Program-made: the position numbers and the translations under genes
Notes under the pieces: generated by a model
Database searches by the model: none
The model's input: only the letters and a program-made list of their open reading frames with translations
What the model was told of the DNA's origin: nothing
DNA from: Clostridium polyendosporum
Lineage (GTDB): Bacteria > Bacillota > Clostridia > Clostridiales > Clostridiaceae
Direction of reading: 5' to 3'
NCBI RefSeq assembly: GCF_018332455.1
Contig: NZ_BOPZ01000012.1
Span: 31,443-95,442 of the forward strand
Length of the DNA stretch: 64,000 nucleotides
Shown: positions 9,286 through 19,729 of the stretch, in pieces
How positions within the stretch are numbered: position 1 is the first letter of the stretch
Layout: each line of letters opens with the position of its first letter

Positions 9286-10530
9286 ATGAAAAAAGAAGTT
9301 TTTATCAATAATAGAGAAAGGCTTATGATGGAATTAGAGGATAACTCAGTAGTAATTTTATTTGCAGGAACTGCTCCGAAGAAAAGTGCTGATGAGAATT
9401 ATCCTTTTACACCCAATAGAAACTTTTACTATATTACTGGCATTGATGAAGAAAAGCATATTGTTATGCTTTCTAAAATAGATAACACTGTTGAAGAAAT
9501 TATCTTTATACAAAAACCAGATCCTGTTATGGAAAGATGGGTTGGTAAAACTATAACAGAGGATGAAGTTAAAGAGATTTCTGGAATAGATAAGGTTAAG
9601 TTTCTTGACGAATTTCATGCAGCATTAAATCAAAAGCTTACAGGTGGAAAGATTGATGTTGTTTACTTAGATTTAGAAAGAAATAGTTTTGAACAAATAG
9701 AGACTCAATCACAAAGGTTTGCTTCAGAGGTTATTTTAAGATATCCATATACAAGGATTAAGAATGTATATAATTATATAGTGGAGCTTAGAATGATAAA
9801 AGTTCCAGAAGAAGTAGATGAAATAAGAAAAGCTATAAAAATAACTATAGAGGCAGTTAAATTTCTAATGAAGAATATGAAGATAGGAGTTAAAGAATGT
9901 GAACTAGAGGCTTATTATGACTTCTATTGTAAAAAGAATGGAGTTAAAGATTATGCCTTTAAGACTATTGCAGCAGCAGGGGTAAATGCTACGATACTTC
10001 ATTATGTAGACAATAATAGCATTATTAAGCAGGATGATTTGCTTCTTTTTGATTTAGGTGTGCAGGTAAATTACTATAATGCTGATATCACGAGGACCTT
10101 TCCTGCAAGTGGAAAATTCACTGAGAGGCAGAAGGCTGTTTATGAAGCAGTTTTAAGAGTAAATGAAAAAATAATCAGTAAAATAAAGCCGGGTATTAAT
10201 TTTATAGATTTAAATAGCATGGCAACAGATCTTATTGCTGAGGAGTGTATAAAATTAGGTCTCATTACCGACAAGAAAGATGTTAGGAATTACTATTGGC
10301 ACAGTATAGGGCACAGCTTAGGTTTAGATACACATGACGTAGGCAATAGAAATACTACTCTTAAACCAGGTATGGTATTCACTATAGAGCCAGGAATATA
10401 TATAGAAGAGGAAGGCATTGGAGTAAGAATAGAGGATGATGTTCTTATTACAGAAGACTGCTGTGAAGTATTAACTAAAGATATGATTAAGTCTGTTAAT
10501 GATATAGAAGCTTTTATAGTAAGTAAATAA
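9286..10530 (+). CDS. pepP: Xaa-Pro aminopeptidase (M24B family)
   Basis: It has the M24 'pita-bread' metal-ligand motifs (…HSIGHSLGLDTHD…, …EPGIYIEE…GVRIEDDVLIT). An SD aaaggagag 6 nt upstream of the ATG at 9286 favours the internal start. Confidence 0.8.
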   Translation: MKKEVFINNRERLMMELEDNSVVILFAGTAPKKSADENYPFTPNRNFYYITGIDEEKHIVMLSKIDNTVEEIIFIQKPDPVMERWVGKTITEDEVKEISGIDKVKFLDEFHAALNQKLTGGKIDVVYLDLERNSFEQIETQSQRFASEVILRYPYTRIKNVYNYIVELRMIKVPEEVDEIRKAIKITIEAVKFLMKNMKIGVKECELEAYYDFYCKKNGVKDYAFKTIAAAGVNATILHYVDNNSIIKQDDLLLFDLGVQVNYYNADITRTFPASGKFTERQKAVYEAVLRVNEKIISKIKPGINFIDLNSMATDLIAEECIKLGLITDKKDVRNYYWHSIGHSLGLDTHDVGNRNTTLKPGMVFTIEPGIYIEEEGIGVRIEDDVLITEDCCEVLTKDMIKSVNDIEAFIVSK

Positions 10531-10583
10531 AAAGTTAATGATAAAAGTTTTATACTAAAGATACATCACTTTAAACCGTAAAC

Positions 10584-10676
10584 AATTCATGTTAAATAAA
10601 ATTTAATAGGCATCGAGCCTGTTAAATTTGAGCCAGATTTCACTTCGTGAAATGGCAGCAAATAGCCTCGGCATTA
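10584..10676. repeat. Dispersed repeat copy R6 (fragment of C + B + A in inverted orientation)
   Basis: The sequence aattcatgttaaataaaatttaat aggcatcgagcct gttaaatttgagccagatttcacttcgtgaaatggcagcaaatagcctcggca. It is near-identical in order to the copy at 33711-33800. Confidence 0.75.
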
Positions 10677-10849
10677 ATACTTTTTCTAAGGATATATAAG
10701 TTCAATCATTAATGAATCTTAGAGAAAAGCCTGGTAATTCCATAATTTCCATAAAGTTGTTAATTAAATTATGAACTTGTATATCTGAATTATAAGTTCA
10801 GTTATGAAGTTATTTATCTATATTAGACATTAGTTTTAGGAGGATGGTT

Positions 10850-11293
10850 ATGAAATTTTTTAGAGGGAGATATGGGTTTGATCTTTTATCAAAAATTACT
10901 GTAATTTTAGGACTTATTTTTTCACTATGGAAATATACTTTTGGACTTGGATTTGTACTATTAATTATAGGGCTTTATAGAGCTTTCTCAAAAGACATTC
11001 TAAAGAGAAGTAATGAAGCATTAAGATTCGAGCAATGGCTAAGAAATAAAGCTGTGGAGATAGGTGCGAAGGTCTATGAAAAGAAACAGCAAGGTACTAG
11101 GGGATATAATACTTCTATAAAAGAAGTTATTCAGCAGCATAAGGACAAAGTTGAAGTTTGGTATAATCAAAAAAAGAATTTTAAAATAGTTAAATGTTCT
11201 CAGTGTGGACAAAAGTTACGACTTCCTAGAAAAAAAGGAAAAGTAATAGTAACCTGTAAAAAGTGTGCCTATGAATTTAAAATGAAAACATAA
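10850..11293 (+). CDS. Hypothetical membrane protein with a C-terminal zinc-ribbon (CxxC…CxxC)
   Basis: It has N-terminal hydrophobic segments and C-terminal CSQCGQKLRLP…CKKCAYEF. An SD aggagg is followed 6 nt later by the ATG at 10850. Confidence 0.5.
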   Translation: MKFFRGRYGFDLLSKITVILGLIFSLWKYTFGLGFVLLIIGLYRAFSKDILKRSNEALRFEQWLRNKAVEIGAKVYEKKQQGTRGYNTSIKEVIQQHKDKVEVWYNQKKNFKIVKCSQCGQKLRLPRKKGKVIVTCKKCAYEFKMKT

Positions 11294-11371
11294 TATTATT
11301 TTTAAAAAAGTGATAATTAAATCCATAAAGTGGTATAATAAATATATAATACCATTTAAGGAGCTGGTTAC

Positions 11372-11713
11372 ATGATTAATGAGCTTAAAAAAGCTTTACT
11401 CATTGGTGTAGGTGCAGTAGCAGCTACATATGAAAAGGCAAATGAACTTATAAGTGAAATGGTACAAAAGGGAAAATTAACTGTAGAAGAAGGTAAAGAA
11501 CTCACAGAGGAACTTAAAAGAGATTTTAAAGAAAAGACTTCATCTACTACTAATAAGGTAAAGAGTAAGTTTGATGATCTAAAGCCTATTACTAAAGATG
11601 ATTTAAAAGCTTTTGTTCAAGAAAGTGATATTCCTTCGAGACTAGAATTAGAAGCTTTAAGGAGAAAGATAGAAGAACTTGAAGAAAAGTTAAATAGAAA
11701 AGAAGAAAGCTAG
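11372..11713 (+). CDS. Phasin-like / PHA-granule-associated-type small coiled-coil protein
   Basis: A 113-aa helical, charged protein (…TVEEGKELTEELKRDFKEK…LEALRRKIEELEEKLNRKE). It precedes an ABC1/UbiB kinase gene, a common pairing. Confidence 0.45.
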   Translation: MINELKKALLIGVGAVAATYEKANELISEMVQKGKLTVEEGKELTEELKRDFKEKTSSTTNKVKSKFDDLKPITKDDLKAFVQESDIPSRLELEALRRKIEELEEKLNRKEES

Positions 11714-11790
11714 GGGAGGACTAACAGTCAGCCCCTTTAATTATATTTAAAAATTAGTAGACTAAAGAAGTATTTATGTAGAGGTGAGAT

Positions 11791-13395
11791 ATGAGAAAAA
11801 AGTCACTTCAAAGATTTAAAAAAATAATAAAGGTTTTTGCTTTTTATGGGTTTGGATATATTTTTGATAGTAAGATAAGTGAGGAAAAAAAGTCTCCAGC
11901 AAACTTAAGAAAAGCTTTTGAAGAATTAGGTCCAACATTTATTAAAATTGGACAGATTTTAAGTACTCGTACAGATATCCTGCCTGAAGAATATGTGAGA
12001 GAATTGTCAAAACTACAGGATAGCGTTCCTTCTGAAAGCTTTAGTATTATAAATCATGTTTTTGAACAGGAGTTTAATAAACCCATATATGAGGTTTTTA
12101 CATATTTTCAAGAGAAACCTCTTGCATCAGCTTCAGTGGCTCAAGTTCATGAGGGCATTTTAGAGGATGGGAGAGAGGTTGTTATTAAGCTTCAGAGACC
12201 CAATATCTATGAGAAAATGCATTTAGATATTAGCATTTTAATGAGAATTGTAAGGTTTAGAAAAGAAAAATTCAATGAGATGCTTATTGATCCTTTAGAT
12301 GTGCTTCAGGAAATATTGAATGCTACTGAGAAAGAATTAGACTTTAAAAGAGAATGTGAAAACGTTAAGAGTTTTAGAAATCTTAATTCTAGCGTAGAGT
12401 GTACTTATGCTCCTTACATTGTGGATGAATTTTCATCATCAAGAGTAATAACAATGGAAAACATAAAGGGCTTTAAAATTACAGATATACACTCTATAGA
12501 AAGAGAAGGATATGATAGGTGTGATGTGGCAAAGAAGCTTGCCCTTTCTTATTGCAAGCAGATTTTTAATGATGGTTTTTTTCATGGGGATCCTCATCCA
12601 GGAAATCTCCTTATATACAATAATAAAATATGTTTTATAGACTTTGGACTTGTAGGTAAGTTGTCTAAAAATCTTCAAAGGTGGCTAAATGAAGCACTGC
12701 TTGCGACTGTAACTAAAGATGTAGATAAAATAATTAATTTTATAATGTCTGTAGGTGTTAAAAAGGGAAGAGTAAATAGAAATATACTCTACGAAGATAT
12801 AGATTACTTATTTCAAAATTACCTATCTACCTCATTAAAAAATATAAAAGTGTCTGTATTGTTAAAAGAGATATTTGAGATAGCAAAGAGAAACAACATA
12901 CAACTTCCCAAAGAACTTGTGCTTCTTATAAGGGGAATGGTTATACTAGAAGGTGTAATAGCAGAAATAGCTCCAGAAATGGAGATATTAGAAGTGATAA
13001 TTCCTTTCGTAAAGTCAAAAAATAAGTATTATGTTCTAAATAAGTTATATTCAGATGAATTCATGCTATCACTTTATAATTTTGCAGATGATACATTAAA
13101 GCTCCCATCTAAGATAGTTGAACTTTCAGAAAGCCTTATTCAAGGAAGGGTTAAGGTAAATCTTCAAGTGGATGAAATCGGAAAACCGTTGAATCAACTA
13201 AATAAGATGGTAAACAGGCTTGTTTTTGGAATTATTGTTGCAGCTATGATAATGGGTTCTTCTATAATAATTAACTCTAATACTAGCCCTAAGATATATG
13301 ACCTTCCTGTCATAGGTATAACTGGTTATTTTGTTTCAGGAATCTTTAGTCTCTGGCTTTTAGTATCAATAATTAGGTCGGGGAGTCTTAAATAG
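11791..13395 (+). CDS. ABC1/UbiB-family atypical protein kinase with a C-terminal TM region
   Basis: ABC1 kinase motifs are present (…ASASVAQVHEG…, …HGDPHPGNLL…, …DFGLVG…). Hydrophobic helices sit at the C-terminus. Confidence 0.85.
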   Translation: MRKKSLQRFKKIIKVFAFYGFGYIFDSKISEEKKSPANLRKAFEELGPTFIKIGQILSTRTDILPEEYVRELSKLQDSVPSESFSIINHVFEQEFNKPIYEVFTYFQEKPLASASVAQVHEGILEDGREVVIKLQRPNIYEKMHLDISILMRIVRFRKEKFNEMLIDPLDVLQEILNATEKELDFKRECENVKSFRNLNSSVECTYAPYIVDEFSSSRVITMENIKGFKITDIHSIEREGYDRCDVAKKLALSYCKQIFNDGFFHGDPHPGNLLIYNNKICFIDFGLVGKLSKNLQRWLNEALLATVTKDVDKIINFIMSVGVKKGRVNRNILYEDIDYLFQNYLSTSLKNIKVSVLLKEIFEIAKRNNIQLPKELVLLIRGMVILEGVIAEIAPEMEILEVIIPFVKSKNKYYVLNKLYSDEFMLSLYNFADDTLKLPSKIVELSESLIQGRVKVNLQVDEIGKPLNQLNKMVNRLVFGIIVAAMIMGSSIIINSNTSPKIYDLPVIGITGYFVSGIFSLWLLVSIIRSGSLK

Positions 13396-13465
13396 TTAAA
13401 TTTATTGTAGTATTATCCTATATGTTTAGGTTATTAATATAATTTATTATTAAATATTGACATTA

Positions 13466-13494
13466 TTTATAACATAAACTAATATTATATTTGG
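13466..13494 (+). promoter_or_regulatory. Sigma-A-type promoter driving the metG T-box leader (TTGACA-17-TAATAT)
   Basis: A consensus -35 with a 17-nt spacer and a -10-like hexamer lies just upstream of the T-box leader. Confidence 0.5.
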
Positions 13495-13499
13495 TAAAT

Positions 13500-13818
13500 G
13501 CATTGAAAAGAATAGTAGTAAGGATAAGTGTCTAAAGAGAACTGGATTAGGTGAAAGCCAGTGACAGGTACCTTTATGAAGATGGCCTTGGAGCAGATTT
13601 CCTGAATTTTTTAGGGAAGTACGGGAGCAACCGTTATATTGCAAAGTGATAAAAGCTTAGTGAATAAGTTAAATTAGTTCTTAAAGAATTAGTTAATTAT
13701 TAGTTTGCTAGTGGAGTTACTTAGAGAGATGTTTATCGTGAGATAAGCATAAAGTAGAGTGGTACAGCGTATTTTACGCCTCTACATAGACAATAATGTC
13801 TATGTAGAGGCGTTTTTA
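13500..13818 (+). promoter_or_regulatory. T-box riboswitch leader (Met specifier) with terminator/antiterminator for metG
   Basis: It has an AGAGA element, a specifier-like AUGA at 13575-13578, and a T-box core aaaGUAGAGUGGUACAGCG (consensus AGGGUGGNACCGCG). The GUAGAG is complementary to the 5' arm CUCUAC of the terminator, which gives the antiterminator. The terminator stem gcctctacatagac/gtctatgtagaggc (13777-13812) is followed by UUUUU. Confidence 0.75.
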
Positions 13819-13820
13819 TT

Positions 13821-13855
13821 TGTTGCCATTTCACAAAGTGAAATCTGGCTCAAAT
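13821..13855. repeat. Dispersed repeat copy R7 (module A only), within the metG 5'UTR
   Basis: The sequence tgttgccatttcacaaagtgaaatctggctcaa lies between the T-box terminator and the metG RBS. Confidence 0.7.
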
Positions 13856-13901
13856 TTATATTAATATAGTTAAATGTAGTTACAAAAAGGAGGCAATAAG
13901 A

Positions 13902-15836
13902 ATGAGTAAAAAGACTTTTTATATTACAACACCAATTTATTATCCATCAGCTAATCTGCATATAGGAAATACATATACAACTGTAGCTGCAGATGCGATA
14001 GCAAGATTTAAGAGATTAACAGGATATGAGGTTATGTTCTTAACAGGAACTGATGAACATGGACAGAAGATTCAGAGAATAGCCGAAGATAAAGGAGTAA
14101 CACCAAAGGAATATGTTGATGGCATTGTAGCAGGAATTAAGGAATTATGGACTATGATGAATATTAGTTATGATAAGTTTATCAGAACTACTGATGATTA
14201 TCATATTAAAGCTGTTCAAGATATATTTAAGAAGTTATATGATAAAGGAGATATATATAAAGATTCATATGAAGGATGGTACTGTACACCATGTGAATCC
14301 TTTTGGACAGAGACACAGCTTGCAGATGGCAATTGCCCGGATTGTGGAAGACCAGTTGAAAAAGCAAAGGAAGAAGCATATTTCTTCAAAATGAGCAAGT
14401 ACGCTGATAAACTAATAGAACATATAGAAAATAATCCAGAGTTCATTCAACCTGAGTCAAGAAAGAATGAGATGTTAAATAATTTCTTAAGACCAGGATT
14501 ACAAGATCTATGTGTATCAAGAACCAGCTTTAATTGGGGTATTCCTGTAACTTTTGATGAAAAGCATGTAATATATGTATGGATAGATGCTCTTTCAAAT
14601 TATATTACTGCTTTAGGATATGGTAGTGAAAATACTGAATTTTATCAGAAGTATTGGCCAGCAGATGTTCACTTAATTGGAAAAGATATTTTAAGATTCC
14701 ATACAATTTATTGGCCAATTATGCTTATGGCATTAGATCTTCCACTTCCAAAACAGGTATTTGGTCATGGATGGTTATTAGTTGACGGCGGAAAGATGTC
14801 AAAGTCAAAGGGAAATGTGGTGGATCCAGTAACTCTTGTGAATAATTTTGGAGTTGATGCAGTAAGATATTACCTATTGAGAGAAATACCATTTGGTGCA
14901 GACGGATTATTTAATAATGAAATATTTATAAAGAAGATTAATTCAGACTTAGCTAATGATTTAGGAAACCTTTTATCAAGAACAGTTACAATGATAGAGA
15001 AATACTTTGAGGGGGAAATTCCTGCTCCTATAACTAAGGATGTCTTAGATGATGAACTTATAAACCTAGCTCTTACTGCTCCGAAGAAGGTTGAAGATGC
15101 TATAAATGCCTTAAAGATTCCTGAAGCTCTTGAGGTGATTTGGGAACTTATAGGAAGAGCAAATAAGTACATTGATGAAACAACTCCATGGATACTTGCT
15201 AAGGATGATAGCAATAAAGAAAGACTTGGAACAGTTCTCTATAATTTAATCGAAAGCTTAAGATTTATTTCTGTTATGATTTATGCATTTTTACCAACAA
15301 CTAGTGAGAAAATCAATGAACAAATAAATACAGAGACTACAGCTTGGAATAGCTTATCTTCTTTTGATGGAACTAGCGCAGGAACAAAGGTAAACAAGGG
15401 AACTGTTATATTTCCAAGAATAGATGTAGAAGCTAAACTAGCTGAACTTGAAGCTTTAAGAGAAGCACAAATAAAGACAATGCAAAAATCTCAGATTAAA
15501 CCTATCAAGGAAGAAATAACTATAGATGATTTTGAAAAGATAGATTTAAGAGTAGTTAAGGTACTAAGTTGTGAACCTGTAAAGGGAGCAAAGAAGCTTT
15601 TAAAGCTGAAGGTAGACTTAGGTGGAGAAGAGAGACAGGTTATTTCAGGTATAGCTAAATACTACAAGCCAGAAGAACTTATAGGAAAAAATGTTGTGCT
15701 TGTAGCAAATCTTAAACCTGTAAAATTAAGAGGAGAGTTATCTCAAGGAATGATACTTGCTGCAGCAACAGATGATGATTCTGAACTTTTTGTAGTAAAT
15801 CCAGGTGAGCTGCCAACAGGAAATATAGTACGATAA
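13902..15836 (+). CDS. metG: Methionyl-tRNA synthetase with a C-terminal tRNA-binding (EMAP/Trbp111-like) domain
   Basis: It has HIGN (…ANLHIGNTYT…), KMSKS (…GKMSKSKGN…), and a zinc knuckle CTPCES…CPDCG. A T-box leader lies upstream. Confidence 0.95.
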   Translation: MSKKTFYITTPIYYPSANLHIGNTYTTVAADAIARFKRLTGYEVMFLTGTDEHGQKIQRIAEDKGVTPKEYVDGIVAGIKELWTMMNISYDKFIRTTDDYHIKAVQDIFKKLYDKGDIYKDSYEGWYCTPCESFWTETQLADGNCPDCGRPVEKAKEEAYFFKMSKYADKLIEHIENNPEFIQPESRKNEMLNNFLRPGLQDLCVSRTSFNWGIPVTFDEKHVIYVWIDALSNYITALGYGSENTEFYQKYWPADVHLIGKDILRFHTIYWPIMLMALDLPLPKQVFGHGWLLVDGGKMSKSKGNVVDPVTLVNNFGVDAVRYYLLREIPFGADGLFNNEIFIKKINSDLANDLGNLLSRTVTMIEKYFEGEIPAPITKDVLDDELINLALTAPKKVEDAINALKIPEALEVIWELIGRANKYIDETTPWILAKDDSNKERLGTVLYNLIESLRFISVMIYAFLPTTSEKINEQINTETTAWNSLSSFDGTSAGTKVNKGTVIFPRIDVEAKLAELEALREAQIKTMQKSQIKPIKEEITIDDFEKIDLRVVKVLSCEPVKGAKKLLKLKVDLGGEERQVISGIAKYYKPEELIGKNVVLVANLKPVKLRGELSQGMILAAATDDDSELFVVNPGELPTGNIVR

Positions 15837-15960
15837 TTCATTTATCGATACACGTTTTTTAAAATTAAAACTCGTCCTTGAAAGAGGATGGGTTCTATTC
15901 TTTTTTAGAGAATAAAGAAGGTATACTTTTGTTTTCAATTAAACTTTAAAAGGCAAAATA

Positions 15961-16005
15961 CCTTGAAAGTACATATAAGGGGGACCGTTACTTTCAAGGT
16001 ATTTT
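15961..16005 (+). terminator. Intrinsic terminator after metG (ccttgaaagta…tactttcaagg + T-rich)
   Basis: An 11-bp perfect stem. Confidence 0.75.
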
Positions 16006-16113
16006 ATAATATTAAAAGGGTAAATAATTAAGTGCTTAGCTACTTTATATCTTTAATATATATTAGTTTTATGTCAGTTTTATGTCAAAAAAATGAAGAT
16101 TCTATTAATAATT

Positions 16114-16797
16114 TTAATTTTCACTTTCTATACCTTCTATATCGAGTATAGTTATAGTTTTTCTGTCATAGTCTATAAGTCCATCATCTTTCATTTTTAT
16201 AAGTTCTCTAGAAAGAGAAGGACGTTGAACACCAAGTTTTTCTGCCCATTCTTTTTTTGACATGTTTAAATCTATTATATTTTCACCTGTTTCTTTGTAT
16301 TTTGCCGTGATAAAGTGACATATCATTTGACGAAGAGATCTCATACTAACTTGTTTTAACTTTGAGCTTAAAACCATTGCTTTATTTGAAAGAATTCTTA
16401 GCATTTGTCTCATAAATATATGATCAGTCTCACATAGGGTATATACATAGTCTTTTGAAATATGGAGCACAAAAGATGAGGATTTACATACTACTGACAT
16501 AGGATAAAAATGTCTATCTCCAAATAGAAGATTTTCACCGAAAACATTACCTTCTTCTAGAGTAGATACTATGAGTATATTTCCATTAGAATCAAATTTT
16601 TGAATTTCTACTGTTCCTGAAATAATGACACTTAAATATTGACAAGGTTCTTCTTCTATAAAAATTACGTCATTAGAGCTATATTTTTTTAAGTAAGTAC
16701 ACTTGTTGTTTATAATAGATTTTAAGTTTTCTTCTGTAAAATGGGTAAAGAGTCTACACTTACTAAGAGTCCCAATTATCATTAATATATCTTGCAT
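16114..16797 (-). CDS. Crp/Fnr-family transcriptional regulator
   Basis: An N-terminal cNMP-binding-like beta-roll and a C-terminal HTH (…WAEKLGVQRPSLSRELIKMKDDGLI…). The start was chosen at the ATG preceded by ggtgg. Confidence 0.8.
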   Translation of the reverse strand: MQDILMIIGTLSKCRLFTHFTEENLKSIINNKCTYLKKYSSNDVIFIEEEPCQYLSVIISGTVEIQKFDSNGNILIVSTLEEGNVFGENLLFGDRHFYPMSVVCKSSSFVLHISKDYVYTLCETDHIFMRQMLRILSNKAMVLSSKLKQVSMRSLRQMICHFITAKYKETGENIIDLNMSKKEWAEKLGVQRPSLSRELIKMKDDGLIDYDRKTITILDIEGIESEN

Positions 16798-17126
16798 ATT
16801 ACCACCAACCATTCAGAGTTAAGTAAGCAAATTTATTTCTAAACAAACTTTACAAGTATTTTAGAAGTTGGTTACCTTTATCTAAAACTTTAAGTTTATT
16901 TTATACTTGCTTACTATATACTAAATTTTAAGTATTATAATTAATATTATGATTATATTGATTGAAATTGCAAGTGGGGAATTTTATAATAACTTTAGAT
17001 TATATATATCAAATAATATCAATAGCAAACTCCCCTAAAGGGATGGTGGTTTTACACCTTAATTTTATAAAATAGGATTATGTTTATGTGTAAATTTAAT
17101 TTTATAAATAGAAAGGAAGAGGTTCT

Positions 17127-18644
17127 ATGAAGTATATATTTGGCATTGTCATTGGAGCTATCATAGGGTATATAACTAACTGGATTGCAATAAAAATGTT
17201 ATTTAGACCTTATACTGAAAAGAAAATTTGGGGCTTAAGAGTACCCTTCACACCAGGGTTGATACCTAAGGAGAGAAGTAGAATAGCTCAGAGTGTAGGG
17301 GAGACAGTAGGTACTCATTTATTATCAACAGATACTGTAATAAGAGCTCTTGAAAGTGAAAAGATTGAAAATCATATTAAGAAATTAATAGATAATAAAA
17401 TTAAAGAGCTTTCGAGTTCAAATGATAGTATAAGGACAAAGTTTGAAAAGAATTTTGGATTGTACTTCCAGGAATTTAAACTGAAATTAGAGATGAAGAT
17501 TTCATCTTACCTAATAGCTAAACTAAAAGAAGATAGGCTTATTAATAAGGTTTTAGAAATTATAGTAGAAAAGGTTAAAATAAGCTTAAAGGAAAAGCCA
17601 GAAAAGCTTATAGAATTTTTAAAGAAAGATGAAATGAGAGAAAAGATTTTTAAAAATCTTCAACTTTTAGGAGAACAGCAAAATATAAAAGAAGCTGTTG
17701 TTAGTTTCATTTTAGAAGGATTAAAAGAGATTGAGGATAGTCCTAAGCTTGTTAAGGACTTAGTGCCTGAAGAAACCTTCGGAGCAATAAATGTATACAT
17801 ATTTAACGAGAGAGAAGCAATAACAAATAAAATAGTTGATATACTTAGAGAAGATGTAGTAGCAGAAAAAATAAAACAATCAATAAGTACAAATATACTA
17901 TCCTCAATGACTCCACTAGTTTCAATGTTTTTAAGTGTAGATTCACTTTATGAGAAATTTTTAGCTGCAATAGATGGATACTTAAGAGAAGATGAAAATA
18001 AAATTGCTATTGCTTCAGTGGTTGGAAAGGCACTAGCTGAATTTGGGAATAAAGAACTTAAAGATGTATTTTCTAAGATTCCTCAAAATTCTAAAGAACA
18101 GATTGCAAAATATTGTGGAGATTTAATTGTTAGTAATACCATTAGTGACAGGTTTTTCAAAAAAAGTGTTGATTGCATAATTTCAAGTTTAGAAAATTTT
18201 AATTTATATGAGGAGCTTTTAAAGGTACTTGATGAAGGTTTTGAGATGAATATTAAGAATTACATTAAAGATACAATTTCTGTAGTAGTAAAAAGTACAG
18301 AAGTAGAAAAAAATATATCATTAATGGTTTCTAATGTTTTTGATCAATTATTAGATGTATCAATAAATCAGTTTGTTAATGATGAAAAAGGTACAATTAC
18401 TAAAAGTATATTTAGCATTGTTAAAAATACTTATAAGAATTTTATAGAAAATGAAGCAGTGAATGTGATTAAATTAATAAACATTCCAAGAATAGTTGAG
18501 GAGCAGATAAATAGCTTTGAGGTAGACTATGTGGAAAGGATTATTCTTGACATTGCAGATAAAGAATTAAAGGCTATTACATGGCTTGGGGCACTACTAG
18601 GAGGAATCATAGGAATTTTATCACCAGTTCTAGGTAGTTTATAA
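17127..18644 (+). CDS. DUF445-family membrane-associated protein
   Basis: An N-terminal TM and the conserved …NWIAIKMLFRPY…PFTPGLIPKER… motif characteristic of DUF445 (YheB-like). Confidence 0.75.
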   Translation: MKYIFGIVIGAIIGYITNWIAIKMLFRPYTEKKIWGLRVPFTPGLIPKERSRIAQSVGETVGTHLLSTDTVIRALESEKIENHIKKLIDNKIKELSSSNDSIRTKFEKNFGLYFQEFKLKLEMKISSYLIAKLKEDRLINKVLEIIVEKVKISLKEKPEKLIEFLKKDEMREKIFKNLQLLGEQQNIKEAVVSFILEGLKEIEDSPKLVKDLVPEETFGAINVYIFNEREAITNKIVDILREDVVAEKIKQSISTNILSSMTPLVSMFLSVDSLYEKFLAAIDGYLREDENKIAIASVVGKALAEFGNKELKDVFSKIPQNSKEQIAKYCGDLIVSNTISDRFFKKSVDCIISSLENFNLYEELLKVLDEGFEMNIKNYIKDTISVVVKSTEVEKNISLMVSNVFDQLLDVSINQFVNDEKGTITKSIFSIVKNTYKNFIENEAVNVIKLINIPRIVEEQINSFEVDYVERIILDIADKELKAITWLGALLGGIIGILSPVLGSL

Positions 18645-18689
18645 GAATAACCGAGAATAGTTTTGATTAGTTATATTTACTATAATTTC

Positions 18690-18745
18690 AATTTCATAAA
18701 GTAAAATCTAGATAAAACTGAGCAGACTCGATGTCTGGTCAGCTT
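18690..18745. repeat. Dispersed repeat copy R8 (A+B)
   Basis: The sequence atttcataaagtaaaatctagataaaactgagcagactcgatgtctggtcag. Confidence 0.7.
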
Positions 18746-18952
18746 TATTTTAGGGTTATTGTAAAATATCTTAAATGTATTAAGAATGCTGTGCTTAAAA
18801 TCATAAAGAATAGTGGTATATATGTATGTGAAATGTGTAATTTTATGTTAATAACGGACGAATTAACGGAATTATCTGAATATTAAATTTGACAGTTTGG
18901 AATTATTATGTAATAATTTATATATTCAAGGATGTCAGAGGTGACTATAAAG

Positions 18953-19729
18953 ATGAACCAAAAACTAAAGATTTTTGATACTCATGCTCACTATGATGAT
19001 GAGGCATTTAATGAGGATCGAGAAAGAGTAATTGAACAGATACAGAATAATGGAGTTATAGGAGTACTTAATTGTGGCGCTTCTATAGAAGGAGCAGAAA
19101 ATTCAGTAAAGCTCTCAAGTGAATATGATATCTTTTATGCTGCAGTAGGCATTCATCCAGAACATGCTGACACTGTAGATGAGAATACATTACATAGATT
19201 AAGAGAATTAGCACAAAATCCTAAAGTAAAGGCTATAGGTGAAATTGGTTTAGATTATTATTGGAAGGAGAATCCTCCTAGAGAAGTTCAAAAAAATGCA
19301 TTTAGAGCACAAATGAGATTGGCAAAGGAATTCAATCTTCCAGTAGTAATACATGATAGAGAAGCTCATGGTGATACTCTAGAAATATTAAGGGAATTTC
19401 CGACTGTTAAGGGTATAATCCATTGTTTTTCTGGAAGTGTAGAATTTGCTCAAGATTGCATAAGACTCGGTTATTATATAGGTTTTACGGGAGTTGTAAC
19501 CTTTAAGAATTCTAGAAAAATCATGGAGGTCGCTAAAGAAATCCCTCTAGAGAGAATGCTTGTAGAGACGGATTGTCCTTATATGGCACCAACACCGTAT
19601 AGAGGTAAGAGAAATCAATCAGATTATATAAAATTTATTTTGGAAAAGTTAGCAGAAATTAGGGGAATGGAAGTCGAAGAAATAAACAACCAATTGGTAA
19701 AAAACATTAAAGGGTTGCTAAAATTATAA
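18953..19729 (+). CDS. tatD: TatD-family metal-dependent DNase/hydrolase
   Basis: It reads …IFDTHAHYDDE… and …VVIHDREAHGD…. It lies in the conserved tatD–yabE–rnmV–ksgA arrangement. An SD agaggtga lies upstream of the ATG at 18953. Confidence 0.85.
   Translation: MNQKLKIFDTHAHYDDEAFNEDRERVIEQIQNNGVIGVLNCGASIEGAENSVKLSSEYDIFYAAVGIHPEHADTVDENTLHRLRELAQNPKVKAIGEIGLDYYWKENPPREVQKNAFRAQMRLAKEFNLPVVIHDREAHGDTLEILREFPTVKGIIHCFSGSVEFAQDCIRLGYYIGFTGVVTFKNSRKIMEVAKEIPLERMLVETDCPYMAPTPYRGKRNQSDYIKFILEKLAEIRGMEVEEINNQLVKNIKGLLKL

Noticed and set aside
13450-13644. 64-aa minus-strand ORF
   Set aside because: It overlaps the metG T-box leader. Structured RNA explains the region better.
14170-15938. Several short ORFs overlapping metG on both strands
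   Set aside because: They lie inside a highly conserved, confidently called aaRS gene. No RBS is present.
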